From: Acidobacteriota bacterium
GTDB lineage: Bacteria > Acidobacteriota > UBA6911 > RPQK01 > JAPXNP01
Assembly (NCBI GenBank): GCA_963663735.2
Contig: CAXXHN010000002.1
Span: forward strand, 522,880 to 586,879
Length of the DNA stretch: 64,000 nucleotides
Reading direction: 5' to 3'
Shown: positions 9,961 to 18,697 of the stretch, piece after piece
How the letters are laid out: the number at the start of each line of letters is the position of its first letter
Numbering within the stretch: the first letter of the stretch is position 1
Translations under genes and position numbers: made by a program
Notes under the pieces: generated by a model
The model's database searches: none
Told to the model about the DNA's origin: nothing
What the model saw: only the letters and a program-made list of their open reading frames with translations

Positions 9961-11127
9961 ATGAAAGCAAGAAGAATAGTAGAAGAAGTTTACTGGATGG
10001 GTTCTGTTGACTGGGATAAACGCCTGTTTGATGTACTAGTGCCTCTTCCGGATGGAACCAGTTACAACGCCTACCTGGTAAAAGGCAGCGAAAAGACAGC
10101 CTTGCTGGACACAGTCGAGCCCCATATGATTGAGGAGCTGATGGGGCAGCTGGAAGATTTTGACAACATTGACTATATAGTGTCTCACCATGCGGAGCAG
10201 GACCATTCCGGAGTTATTCCCCAGGTCCTGAAAAAGTATCCAGCGGCAAAGGTCGTCACCAATCCGAAAGCTAAGGAAATGCTCCTGGATCTTCTCAGGA
10301 TCCCGGAAGAGTCGTTCCTGGTTGTTGGGGATGGAGAAAAGCTTTCCCTTGGCAGCAAGACACTGCAGTTTTTTTATACTCCATGGGTGCACTGGCCTGA
10401 AACCATGGTCAGCTACCTGGAGGAAGACCGGATCCTTTTCAGCTGCGATTTTTTTGGATCCCATATCGCGACCAGTGACCTTTACGTGACTGATGAGTTT
10501 CGGGTACTTGATGCCGCGAAACGTTATTTCGCTGAGATCATGATGCCTTTCCGGGTTATCATTAACAAAAACCTCGAGAAGCTGGCGCCCCTGGCCATAG
10601 ATATGATCGCCCCAAGTCACGGACCCATTTATCCCCGCCCCCAGCTGATTATCGATGCCTACAATAAATGGGTTAACGGCCCTCTCCGCAATACAGTGCT
10701 ACTGCCCTACGTTTCCATGCATGGGAGTACTAAACAGATGGTGGACCATTTTGTAACCGCTCTGGTTGCCAGGGACGTGAAAGTGGAACAGTTCAACCTG
10801 GCAGTAACAGATACCGGAAAATTTTCCATGGCCCTGGTTGACGCCTCCGCCATTGTAATGGCAACCCCTACAGTCCTGGGAGGCCCTCATCCCTATGCTG
10901 TTCATTTCGCGTACCTTGCCAGCGCCTTGCGGCCTCGAACCAGGTATCTTTCCTTCATAGGTTCATACGGATGGGGCGGACGTACCATAGACATGCTCAA
11001 GGATATGATGTCAGGGCTCCAGTCGGAACTCCTTGAGCCGGTGCTGTCCAGGGGTGTCCCGAACCAGGGGGATTTCCATGAACTGGACCGGCTGGCTTCC
11101 TCCCTGGCTGAAAAAATGAAGAGCTGA
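9961..11127 (+). CDS. Flavodiiron protein (FprA-type; metallo-beta-lactamase-like diiron domain plus flavodoxin-like domain)
   Basis: 388 aa. Diiron ligand motif HAEQDHSG (H-x-E-x-D-H), flavodoxin-like C-terminal half (LLPYVSMHGSTKQMVDHF), GGTGAGG ribosome-binding site upstream. Confidence 0.85.
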   Translation: MKARRIVEEVYWMGSVDWDKRLFDVLVPLPDGTSYNAYLVKGSEKTALLDTVEPHMIEELMGQLEDFDNIDYIVSHHAEQDHSGVIPQVLKKYPAAKVVTNPKAKEMLLDLLRIPEESFLVVGDGEKLSLGSKTLQFFYTPWVHWPETMVSYLEEDRILFSCDFFGSHIATSDLYVTDEFRVLDAAKRYFAEIMMPFRVIINKNLEKLAPLAIDMIAPSHGPIYPRPQLIIDAYNKWVNGPLRNTVLLPYVSMHGSTKQMVDHFVTALVARDVKVEQFNLAVTDTGKFSMALVDASAIVMATPTVLGGPHPYAVHFAYLASALRPRTRYLSFIGSYGWGGRTIDMLKDMMSGLQSELLEPVLSRGVPNQGDFHELDRLASSLAEKMKS

Positions 11128-11507
11128 ACCGTTTGATGTCGCGCGCCTTCAAAGTTCGCTGTTGCTGCCGCGATGGATCAGTCTGGACCTGGGAAACCGA
11201 TAGAAGCTGGAAGCGTAAGTTTAAGCCTTGCGGGAGCTGGCGAATTGCGGGAAATTACCGATCTGTAGCGGTCAAGTGGAACCGGACACGAAGTTAAGTG
11301 GCAACCAATCGTCAAGATATATTACGGAATTATCGAGTTGGAAGGTTATCTATTTTTTCGCTTGACCCCATAAGGCGCTACTACTACACTTCTTGAGGCT
11401 AATTGCTAATGTTTAAGTATAAATATGCTGCCAGAAAATGGCTGATAGTTTTTCGCCTTTTTTCAACAGTACCGATAATAACCTACAATTGACCAGGATT
11501 TGAGGCC

Positions 11508-14500
11508 ATGAATCAGCTGAGGAGTATACTTTTTCTGGATGATAATGACGGTGATCGTAAGCTGGCGAGAGTGGCATTAGAAGCTGAGAGTGATTGTTTT
11601 GAGGTAATTGAAGCCGCTTCATCCCGGGAATTTGAAGATCTCCTCCGCAATGGATCCTTTGATCTTGTCATCAGTGAAATCACTGTCCCTGGATATGAAT
11701 TGCTCCAGGTTCTGGAAGCGGTGCAGAAACAGTGCCCGGAACTCCCGATTCTTATCCTGACCGGCAGGGGTTCCGAGGCGATTGCCGTGGAAGCAATGCG
11801 GCGCGGAACTAGTGATTATCTTAAAAAGACACCTGAAAACATAAGTAGCCTCCCGGTCACAGTGAAGAGGATTATGGGGGAGGTCTGTTCTCGAAGCAAA
11901 TGTTATCAGAATAACGCCTGCCTCCAAAAACTTATCCACAATTCAGTGGACATGCTGGCCATAATAGATGAGGAAGGGAACGAAAAGTTTATCAGTGATT
12001 CAGTGGAAAACATACTCGGATATACTGCCCAGGAAATTCTAGGCAGTAATAGTTTTTCCTATGTACACCCTGATGACCTTGACCTTGTCAGGCAGGGCTT
12101 TGCTGAACTGCTTGAAAAACCCGGAGTGCCTTTTCGCGGCAATTACCGTCACCGGACCAAAGACGGTAACTGGGTTTACCTGGAAGCAGTCGGAACTAAT
12201 TACCTGGATGATCCTGAGATAGAAGGAATTGTTCTTAATATCAGGGATATAACGGTTCACAAGCAGTTTGAAGACTCGCTGAAAAGGAGCAGGGCTCACC
12301 TGGATAAACTGGTCAGCAACTCTAACGATATTCTGGTCATCATGGACGAAAATGGCAGAGAGCTGTACGTCAGTGAAACCGTTGAGAAGGTAACAGGATT
12401 TTCGGCGGAGGAGGTAGTGGGAACTGTCTGCCTGGAACATTTCCATCCTGATGATGTTGAATTTTTGACTGAAAAATTGAGAGAGGGTATTGATAATCCC
12501 GGAAAACCGCTGCGGATTGAGTATCGGCGTAAACATAAAAATGGCGGCTGGGTGTACCTGGAAGCCATTGGAACAAATTTTCTCGATGACCCGGATATCC
12601 AGGGAATAGTGGTAAATGCGAGGGACATAACTGAACGCAAGAAGGTGGAAAAAGGGCTCCGCGACAGCAAGGAACGTTTCCGGCTCCTGGTCAGCCTGCT
12701 GCCTGAAGCGGTCTGGGAGGCCGACCTGGAAGGAAAACTCAGGTTTGTCAACCAGAAATTCCTGGAACAGTTGGGTTATACCCAGGCTGATATTGAGGCC
12801 GGATTAAATGGATTCGACATTTTTGCCATGCCCGGACGCCAGGTCTGTATGGAAAAAACCATGGCTGTTCTCAATGGAGCAAAAACCGAGATTACCGAAT
12901 ACGAGATGTTGAGGAAAGACGGCACTTCCTTTCCCGCGCTTGTACATTCAGACCTGGTTCGTGAGGATGGCAAACCAACTTATTTCATTGGGATAGGCAT
13001 CGATATAACTGAACATAAACAGGCAGAACTGGAACGAAGCCGCCTCGCCGCTGCCATTGAACAATCGAGTGAGACGATTTTAATTACCGACCGCGAGGGG
13101 AATATTCAGTATGTCAACCCATCATTTGAGCGCATTACCGGTTATTCCCGCAGCGAAGCCCTGGGAAAGAATCCAAGAATATTAAAAAGCGGCCAGCAAA
13201 GTGAAAATTTTTACAGGTCAATGTGGGAAACCTTGTCATCGGGCAAAACGTGGCAAGGCAAAGTCGCCAATAAACGTCGTGACGGCAGCATCTACCATGA
13301 GGATGTAACCACATTTCCCGTACTGAATGAAATCGGGGAAATTGTTAATTATGTGGCAGTAAAGCGGGACATGACGGAGCAGATGAAGTCCGCGGAAGAA
13401 AAGCTTAAGCTGGAACAACAGTATCATCAGGCCCAGAAACTGGAATCGGTTGGTTTGCTGGCAGGAGGTGTGGCCCATGACCTGAATAACCTGCTTACCC
13501 CCATTCTGGGTTATGGAGAAATGCTGGCCATGGATTCTGCCAGGCCGCAAGTCAGGAAACAATACGCCAACGGCATTGTGGAGGCAGCTAAGAGGGCGAG
13601 AGATATTGTCAATCAGCTGCTGGCTTTCAGCCGGAAACAATCCCTGGAGGTGAAAGCTGTTGATCTGAACATGCTGGTAGCGAGATTTGAAGAACTGCTG
13701 AGACGCCTGATTCCGGAAGACATTGGTATCAAAGTAGAATTATTTCGTGATCTCCCGTTGATAAGGGGGGATGTCAGCCAACTGGAACAGGTGATCATGA
13801 ACCTGGCAGTAAATGCAAGGGACGCCATGCCCAACGGCGGCACTTTAACCATTGAAACCGCTCTCACCGAGATAACTGAAGAGTTTGTTGCCACCAATGA
13901 CAACCTGCTCCCCGGATTCTATGCGACTTTGGTGTTAAGTGACACCGGGCTGGGGATGGACGCCCGAACCAAGGCGAAGATTTTCGAACCTTTCTTTAGT
14001 ACGAAACCGAAACATAAGGGTTCAGGTTTAGGGCTGGCGACTGTTTACGGGATAGTGAGGCAGCATGGAGGGGACATAAAAGTGTACAGCCAGCCGTTAA
14101 AGGGAACATTATTCAAGGTTTTTCTCCCGGTTGCTTCAGGAGATCCATCTTCCGCAGAGAACATTGCCGAAACGGATGAGATGATAATGAAAGGTTCTGA
14201 AACCATACTCATGGTGGAAGATGACGGGCATGTGCGAAACCTGGTCCTGTCCATCCTCAAGAGGAGGGGGTATCATGTTCTGGTAGCAGAAAGTGCTGAG
14301 CAAGCTCTGGAAATCCTGAAAGGGCACAGCAGACCTGTAGATCTGCTGCTGACTGATGTGGTCATGCCCGGCCTTAACGGCAGGGAACTGTTTGACCGGA
14401 TTTCTCAGCAATATCCTGATATGAAGGTAATATACATGTCTGGATATTCCGGAGAGGTAATTGAAGCTCGAGGGGTCATGGATGAGGGCATGAATTTTAT

Positions 14501-14561
14501 CCAGAAACCCTTTGCTATACAAGCCCTGGCCTCTAAAATCAGAAGGGTGCTTACCGAGTAG
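11508..14561 (+). CDS. Hybrid sensor histidine kinase: atypical N-terminal receiver, four to five PAS domains, HisKA, HATPase, C-terminal receiver
   Basis: 1017 aa. N-terminal REC-like domain (LFLDDNDGD ... [11 protein letters not shown] ... ILILTG ... DYLKK). Repeated PAS blocks ([23 protein letters not shown] / [23 protein letters not shown]). H-box [34 protein letters not shown]. C-terminal REC LMVEDD...[13 protein letters not shown]. Confidence 0.9.
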   Translation: [1017 protein letters not shown]

Positions 14562-14583
14562 CCGGATAAACGGGAAGAATCCT

Positions 14584-14623
14584 GCCAGGGAGCTCTGATG
14601 AATGAGAAATCCCTGGCTTTTTT
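14584..14623 (+). terminator. Rho-independent terminator candidate after the kinase gene
   Basis: GCCAGGGA (14584..14591) pairs with TCCCTGGC (14610..14617) and is followed by TTTTTT. The loop is rather long (18 nt). Confidence 0.55.
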
Positions 14624-14653
14624 AATATGTTCAGGCCTGGTGCGAAATGCTGA

Positions 14654-14989
14654 TTAATGATCGCAGGCATTTGCTCCAAGCCGCAAAGTGTCATTAGACC
14701 ACGCTTTTACTATTTCCTCTGGTGAGGCTGCTGCCGCCCCGGAAAGGACCTTGACTCCCTGCTGTTCAAACAAGTCCTGGGCCCTGCCTCCCATGCCTCC
14801 GGCAATGACCATGTCCGCTCCCTGTTCCCTGACCCACTGGGGATAAACTCCAGGGGCATGCTGGGGCGGGGTAAGCATTTCGACTCCAGTGATGTTTTTG
14901 TTTTCATCCAACTCTACAAACGCAAAATTTTCACAATGCCCGAAATGCATGCAGAGCTGCCCTCCGGCACATGGAATAGCTATTTTCAT
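14654..14989 (-). CDS. NifB/NifX-family (dinitrogenase iron-molybdenum cofactor biosynthesis domain) small protein
   Basis: 111 aa: MKIAIPCAGGQLCMHFGHCENFAFVE...PGVYPQWVREQGADMVIAGGMGGRAQDLFEQQGVKV, the typical single-domain NifX/NifB-C fold signature. Confidence 0.8.
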   Translation of the reverse strand: MKIAIPCAGGQLCMHFGHCENFAFVELDENKNITGVEMLTPPQHAPGVYPQWVREQGADMVIAGGMGGRAQDLFEQQGVKVLSGAAAASPEEIVKAWSNDTLRLGANACDH

Positions 14990-15045
14990 TATGGTTTCCT
15001 TTCGATAAATAAAAGGCTGTGTTATCAGACAGCCTGAAAATGTTG

Positions 15046-15408
15046 TTATGACCAGTGTTCCTTTACGTCAGCTGACTCCAATGCGCACAGTTTGCCAGAA
15101 GCAAGATCCTCCAGGGCTGAGAAAATGGAGCAGTTGACCCCTGAATATACGGGTACTCCCGCTTCAGAAAAGAGGTGGAAAGCCTTGGGGCCGCAGTGTC
15201 CGGTTATCACTGATTCCACCTTTTCCCGGAGCAGAAAGCGCGCGGCTTGTACTCCGGCGCCTTCCTGGGCAAGTTCATCCAGCCTGTTCTCAAAAAACCT
15301 GAAGCTGTTTTTGTCTGTATCGTAGAGGATAAATCCAACCGAACGGCCAAGCCGGGAGTCTACCCTGGAATCAAGATCTTTCCCGGAAGTAGGGATTGCT
15401 ACAATCAT
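15046..15408 (-). CDS. NifB/NifX-family small protein (second paralogue)
   Basis: 120 aa: MIVAIPTSGKDLDSRVDSRLGRSVGFILYD...GAGVQAARFLLREKVESVITGHCGPKAFHLFSEAGVPVYSG. AAGGGG ribosome-binding site about 8 nt upstream. Confidence 0.8.
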   Translation of the reverse strand: MIVAIPTSGKDLDSRVDSRLGRSVGFILYDTDKNSFRFFENRLDELAQEGAGVQAARFLLREKVESVITGHCGPKAFHLFSEAGVPVYSGVNCSIFSALEDLASGKLCALESADVKEHWS

Positions 15409-15433
15409 CTATTTACCCCTTATGGTTACCTGA

Positions 15434-15462
15434 TTGACAAAAAAATAAACTGGATGTATTAT
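15434..15462 (+). promoter_or_regulatory. Near-consensus sigma70-type promoter facing the DUF134 gene
   Basis: TTGACA (15434..15439), 17-nt spacer, TATTAT (15457..15462). Confidence 0.6.
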
Positions 15463-15480
15463 GAACTATAGTTCATAATA
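15457..15480. promoter_or_regulatory. Perfect 24-bp palindrome (operator candidate) covering both -10 elements
   Basis: TATTATGAACTA|TAGTTCATAATA is identical to its reverse complement; core TTATGAAC-N4-GTTCATAA. Confidence 0.7.
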
Positions 15481-15487
15481 AAGTCAA
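15458..15487 (-). promoter_or_regulatory. Sigma70-type promoter facing the NifX-like operon; its -10 overlaps the -10 of the opposite promoter
   Basis: On the minus strand: TTGACT (plus coordinates 15482..15487), 18-nt spacer, CATAAT (plus 15458..15463). Confidence 0.5.
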
Positions 15488-15493
15488 TTCTAA

Positions 15494-15513
15494 TTATGGA
15501 CTATGGTTCATAA
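15494..15513. promoter_or_regulatory. Second, degenerate copy of the palindrome (2 mismatches), 35 bp centre-to-centre from the first, abutting the DUF134 ribosome-binding site
   Basis: TTATGGACTATGGTTCATAA compared with TTATGAACTATAGTTCATAA. Confidence 0.55.
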
Positions 15514-15522
15514 AGGATTTAT

Positions 15523-15915
15523 ATGTCGAGGCCTCCAAAAGAGAAAAGAATCGGGTGCCATCCCGGGCGGAGAGTATTCAGGCCGGCCGGGATTCCAATG
15601 CGAAAATCAGAAGCGATCCAGGTGAGCCTGGATGAGTTTGAAGCCATACGCCTGGCTGATGTGGAAGGATTGCGCCATGAGGAAGCAGCTCTGAAAATGG
15701 GGACTTCCCGGCCTACTCTGACCAGAATTCTGAACTCCGCCCGGAAAAAAGTGGGTATCGCCTTAACCGAACTCCGTCCCCTGATAGTTGAAGGGGGGAA
15801 TGTCATGGTGGGGGATATTCAGGAAGTCACCTGCTGCAGGTGTGATTTTAAATCTGGCGAACCTGTCGGTAAAACCAAAGACTGGAATTGTCCCAGATGC
15901 GGCAGGGCAGGTTAG
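15523..15915 (+). CDS. DUF134 (UPF0251) family predicted DNA-binding protein with C-terminal 4-Cys zinc-ribbon-like tail
   Basis: 130 aa: ...FRPAGIPMRKSEAIQVSLDEFEAIRLADVEGLRHEEAALKMGTSRPTLTRILNSARKKVGIALTE (helix-turn-helix of the DUF134 family). Tail CCRC...CPRC. Its TAG stop overlaps the TAA stop of the convergent TauE gene (TTAG at 15912..15915). Confidence 0.8.
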   Translation: MSRPPKEKRIGCHPGRRVFRPAGIPMRKSEAIQVSLDEFEAIRLADVEGLRHEEAALKMGTSRPTLTRILNSARKKVGIALTELRPLIVEGGNVMVGDIQEVTCCRCDFKSGEPVGKTKDWNCPRCGRAG

Positions 15916-16703
15916 ATAAGGCCGGATCCCAGGGCCAGCGCGATCGCCAGCAGGAGGGAACCGGTTAAGGTCTGCACAGTTTTCATTGTTATTTTATGGA
16001 GGTAGCGTTTTCCTGTTATCACTCCCGCGAAAGCAGCCATGACCGCGGCCAGGATCAGGGGCCATTGATTACCTTCTATCAGGCTGTCAGCTCCTGCCAG
16101 GAGAAATACAACGACGTAGGCAGCTATCCTGGTGATGTCAACCATGGTACCGATTACGGCATTGGTTCCGACAAAAGCCTGGGTGGAAACACCAACCTTT
16201 ATCAGAAAAGCTGATCTCAGCGCACCCTGGTGGCCGGAAAAGCCCCCAAAAAAGCCGGAAACCAGTCCTCCCGGGATCAGGTATTTCCGGTCAAACTGGA
16301 GGTTTCTTAGTCGGGGGATAAGTTCAAATGTGGCGAAAATGAGCATCAGCAGCCCCATCACCAGTTTTACCGGGGTAATCACCGCGGTCCTGGAGCCAAT
16401 AGAATAGGAGGCCAGCTGTGCAAAATGAGATACATAACCGAGGCAATAAGCTCCCAACAGGGAGGCCGCGATAGCAGGAATCCCAAACCTGAGTACCAGG
16501 GACCAGTCAGCGTTTTTCCCAACCATGCTGATTTTGAAAAGATTATTGGCCCCATGGACAATGGCGGTGGCGGCGACAGCCACCTCAATGGGAAAGAAAA
16601 GAGCAAAAACGGGCATCAATAACGTTCCAAGACCGAACCCTGAGTAAAGGGTCAGGCCCGCGGTCAGGAAAGCGGCTGTTGCGACAGTAAATAGGGAGAT
16701 CAT
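15912..16703 (-). CDS. TauE/SafE-family (sulfite exporter-like) membrane permease
   Basis: Track ORF 15912..16838. I prefer the internal ATG at 16703 (MISLFTVATAAFLTAGL...) because of the GGAAAGGA ribosome-binding site upstream and a hydrophobic start. Multi-pass membrane protein with the duplicated G-rich TauE pattern. Confidence 0.75.
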   Translation of the reverse strand: MISLFTVATAAFLTAGLTLYSGFGLGTLLMPVFALFFPIEVAVAATAIVHGANNLFKISMVGKNADWSLVLRFGIPAIAASLLGAYCLGYVSHFAQLASYSIGSRTAVITPVKLVMGLLMLIFATFELIPRLRNLQFDRKYLIPGGLVSGFFGGFSGHQGALRSAFLIKVGVSTQAFVGTNAVIGTMVDITRIAAYVVVFLLAGADSLIEGNQWPLILAAVMAAFAGVITGKRYLHKITMKTVQTLTGSLLLAIALALGSGLI

Positions 16704-16881
16704 TTCCAGTCCTTTCCTGTTCCTATACGCAAGCTGAAGCAATGGGGATGACTTTTTTACAGCAAGTGAGGGCAGGAGTCCATTTGCCGGGGATGAAGCC
16801 AGGGAGGGAATCGAAGCCCGGCATTCGAAAATCGGCATTCAACATTTCCTTGCTGCCTAGCTATTTTTTTTAGGAAGTATC

Positions 16882-16917
16882 AAAAAAAGAGCTGAGGGGC
16901 ACTCCCCCCCCAGCTCT
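16882..16917 (-). terminator. Rho-independent terminator after hcp
   Basis: The minus strand reads AGAGCTGGGGGGGAGTGCCCCTCAGCTCT followed by TTTTTTT. Confidence 0.7.
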
Positions 16918-16964
16918 GCAAATGATGATTTTACCACCCTGTTAACAGGGTCACTTCGACTGGA

Positions 16965-18629
16965 TTATTTACCTGCCATCATGGCGGTAATATCTTCCTC
17001 AACAGTGCCTATGGGTTTTATGTCAAAGGTATTGACCAGTACCGTGGCTACATTGGGAGAAAGAAATGCCGGCAGGGATGGCCCGAGGCGTATTCCCTTC
17101 ACACCCAGGAAGAGCAGCGCCAGGAGCACTGCGACTGCCTTTTGTTCGTACCAGGCGATATCGTAGGAAATAGGCAGGTCATTTATATCTTCCAGGCCGA
17201 AAACCTCTTTCAGCTTCATGGCAATTACTGCCAGGGAATAGGAATCATTGCACTGTCCGGCGTCCAGCACCCTGGGAATTCCGCCGATGTCACCCAGGTC
17301 CAGCTTGTTATAGCGGAATTTCGCGCATCCGGCGGTAAGGATTACCGCGTCTTTGGGCAGATTTTCAGCTACTTCGGTGTAATAGTTCCGATCCTCATTA
17401 CGGCCGTCACATCCTGCCATAACAACGAACCGTTTGATAGCACCCGATTTTACAGCTTCCACTACCTTGTCAGCCAGTGCCATTACCTGGTTGTGGGCGA
17501 AGCCGCCTGTGATTGTACCGGTTTCCAGTTCCTGGGGAGGAGGAAGTGTTTTGGCCTGGGCTATTATCCCGGAAAAGTCCCGGGCTTTCCCATTGATCCG
17601 TTCCGGAATGTGCCTGGCGCCGGTCATCCCAACCATTCCGGCAGTGTAGAGACGGTCCAGGTAGGTGTTATTTTTTTTCAGGGGTACCAGGCAGTTGGTG
17701 GTAAGGAGGATCGGGCCGTTAAAAGTCTCGAATTCCCGATTCTGGTGCCACCAGGAACCTCCGTAATGGCCTGCGAAATGGTTATATTTTTTGAAGGCAG
17801 GGTAGTAATTGGCAGGCAGCATTTCTCCGTGGGTATATACATCCACGCCGGTGCCTTCAGTTTGTTTTAACAGCTCTTCCATATCCTTGAGGTCATGGCC
17901 GCTGATCAGGATGGCAGGGTTGCGGCGGACTCCCAGGCTGACTTCAGATAATTCCGGGTGGCCGTAACTGGAGGTGTGGGCTTCATCCAGCAGTGCCAGA
18001 GTGGCAACGGAGGTTTCCCCAGCTTTCATTACCAGGGCAATCATCTCCTCAACCGTGAGATCTTCTGTAGTTGAAGCCATCCCCCTGAGAATGAAATCGT
18101 AGATTTCCTTCTTTTCATATCCAAGGACCGCGGCATGGTCGGCATAAGCCCCGACTCCCTTCAGGCCGATTATCAGTAATTCTCTCAGGGAGCGAACATC
18201 TTCATTGTCAGTAGACTCAACCCCGACAGATTTTGCCTTGTCCGCGAATGCGGCAGAAGTATCACCTGTCCAGGTGGCGGAGTCGTGCAGGGTTCCATTA
18301 AAGGGACTTCCGGTTTTTTCCTGGTAGGCAGACAGAAACCGTTTTCTCAGCTGATCCCTGAGTTTAAGGGCATCCCTGATCAGGCCTTCAAAACGGGCAT
18401 CGTCCCAATTGGCATTGGTAATAGTGGAAAACAGTCCCTGGATAACAAAACGTCCGGTGCTTTTATCCGAAATTCCCAGGTCTTTCAGTTTGACAGCGTA
18501 TATGGCAATGCCCTTAAGGACATGAATGAGGAGATCCTGGAGATTCGCAGTCTCTTCCAGTTTTCCACAGTATCCCATCGAGGTACAAGCGGTATTTCTC
18601 ATGGTTTCCTGGCATTGAAAACAATACAT
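16965..18629 (-). CDS. hcp: Hybrid-cluster protein / hydroxylamine reductase
   Basis: 554 aa. N-terminal [23 protein letters not shown] (C-x2-C-x8-C-x5-C); full-length collinear Hcp-like sequence. Confidence 0.92.
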   Translation of the reverse strand: MYCFQCQETMRNTACTSMGYCGKLEETANLQDLLIHVLKGIAIYAVKLKDLGISDKSTGRFVIQGLFSTITNANWDDARFEGLIRDALKLRDQLRKRFLSAYQEKTGSPFNGTLHDSATWTGDTSAAFADKAKSVGVESTDNEDVRSLRELLIIGLKGVGAYADHAAVLGYEKKEIYDFILRGMASTTEDLTVEEMIALVMKAGETSVATLALLDEAHTSSYGHPELSEVSLGVRRNPAILISGHDLKDMEELLKQTEGTGVDVYTHGEMLPANYYPAFKKYNHFAGHYGGSWWHQNREFETFNGPILLTTNCLVPLKKNNTYLDRLYTAGMVGMTGARHIPERINGKARDFSGIIAQAKTLPPPQELETGTITGGFAHNQVMALADKVVEAVKSGAIKRFVVMAGCDGRNEDRNYYTEVAENLPKDAVILTAGCAKFRYNKLDLGDIGGIPRVLDAGQCNDSYSLAVIAMKLKEVFGLEDINDLPISYDIAWYEQKAVAVLLALLFLGVKGIRLGPSLPAFLSPNVATVLVNTFDIKPIGTVEEDITAMMAGK

Positions 18630-18697
18630 ATTAGTATCCTTCCTTCAAAATATTTGTGGTTCGGTTTGGTTTTTGATGCGGCACTGCTTGTTTGAAC

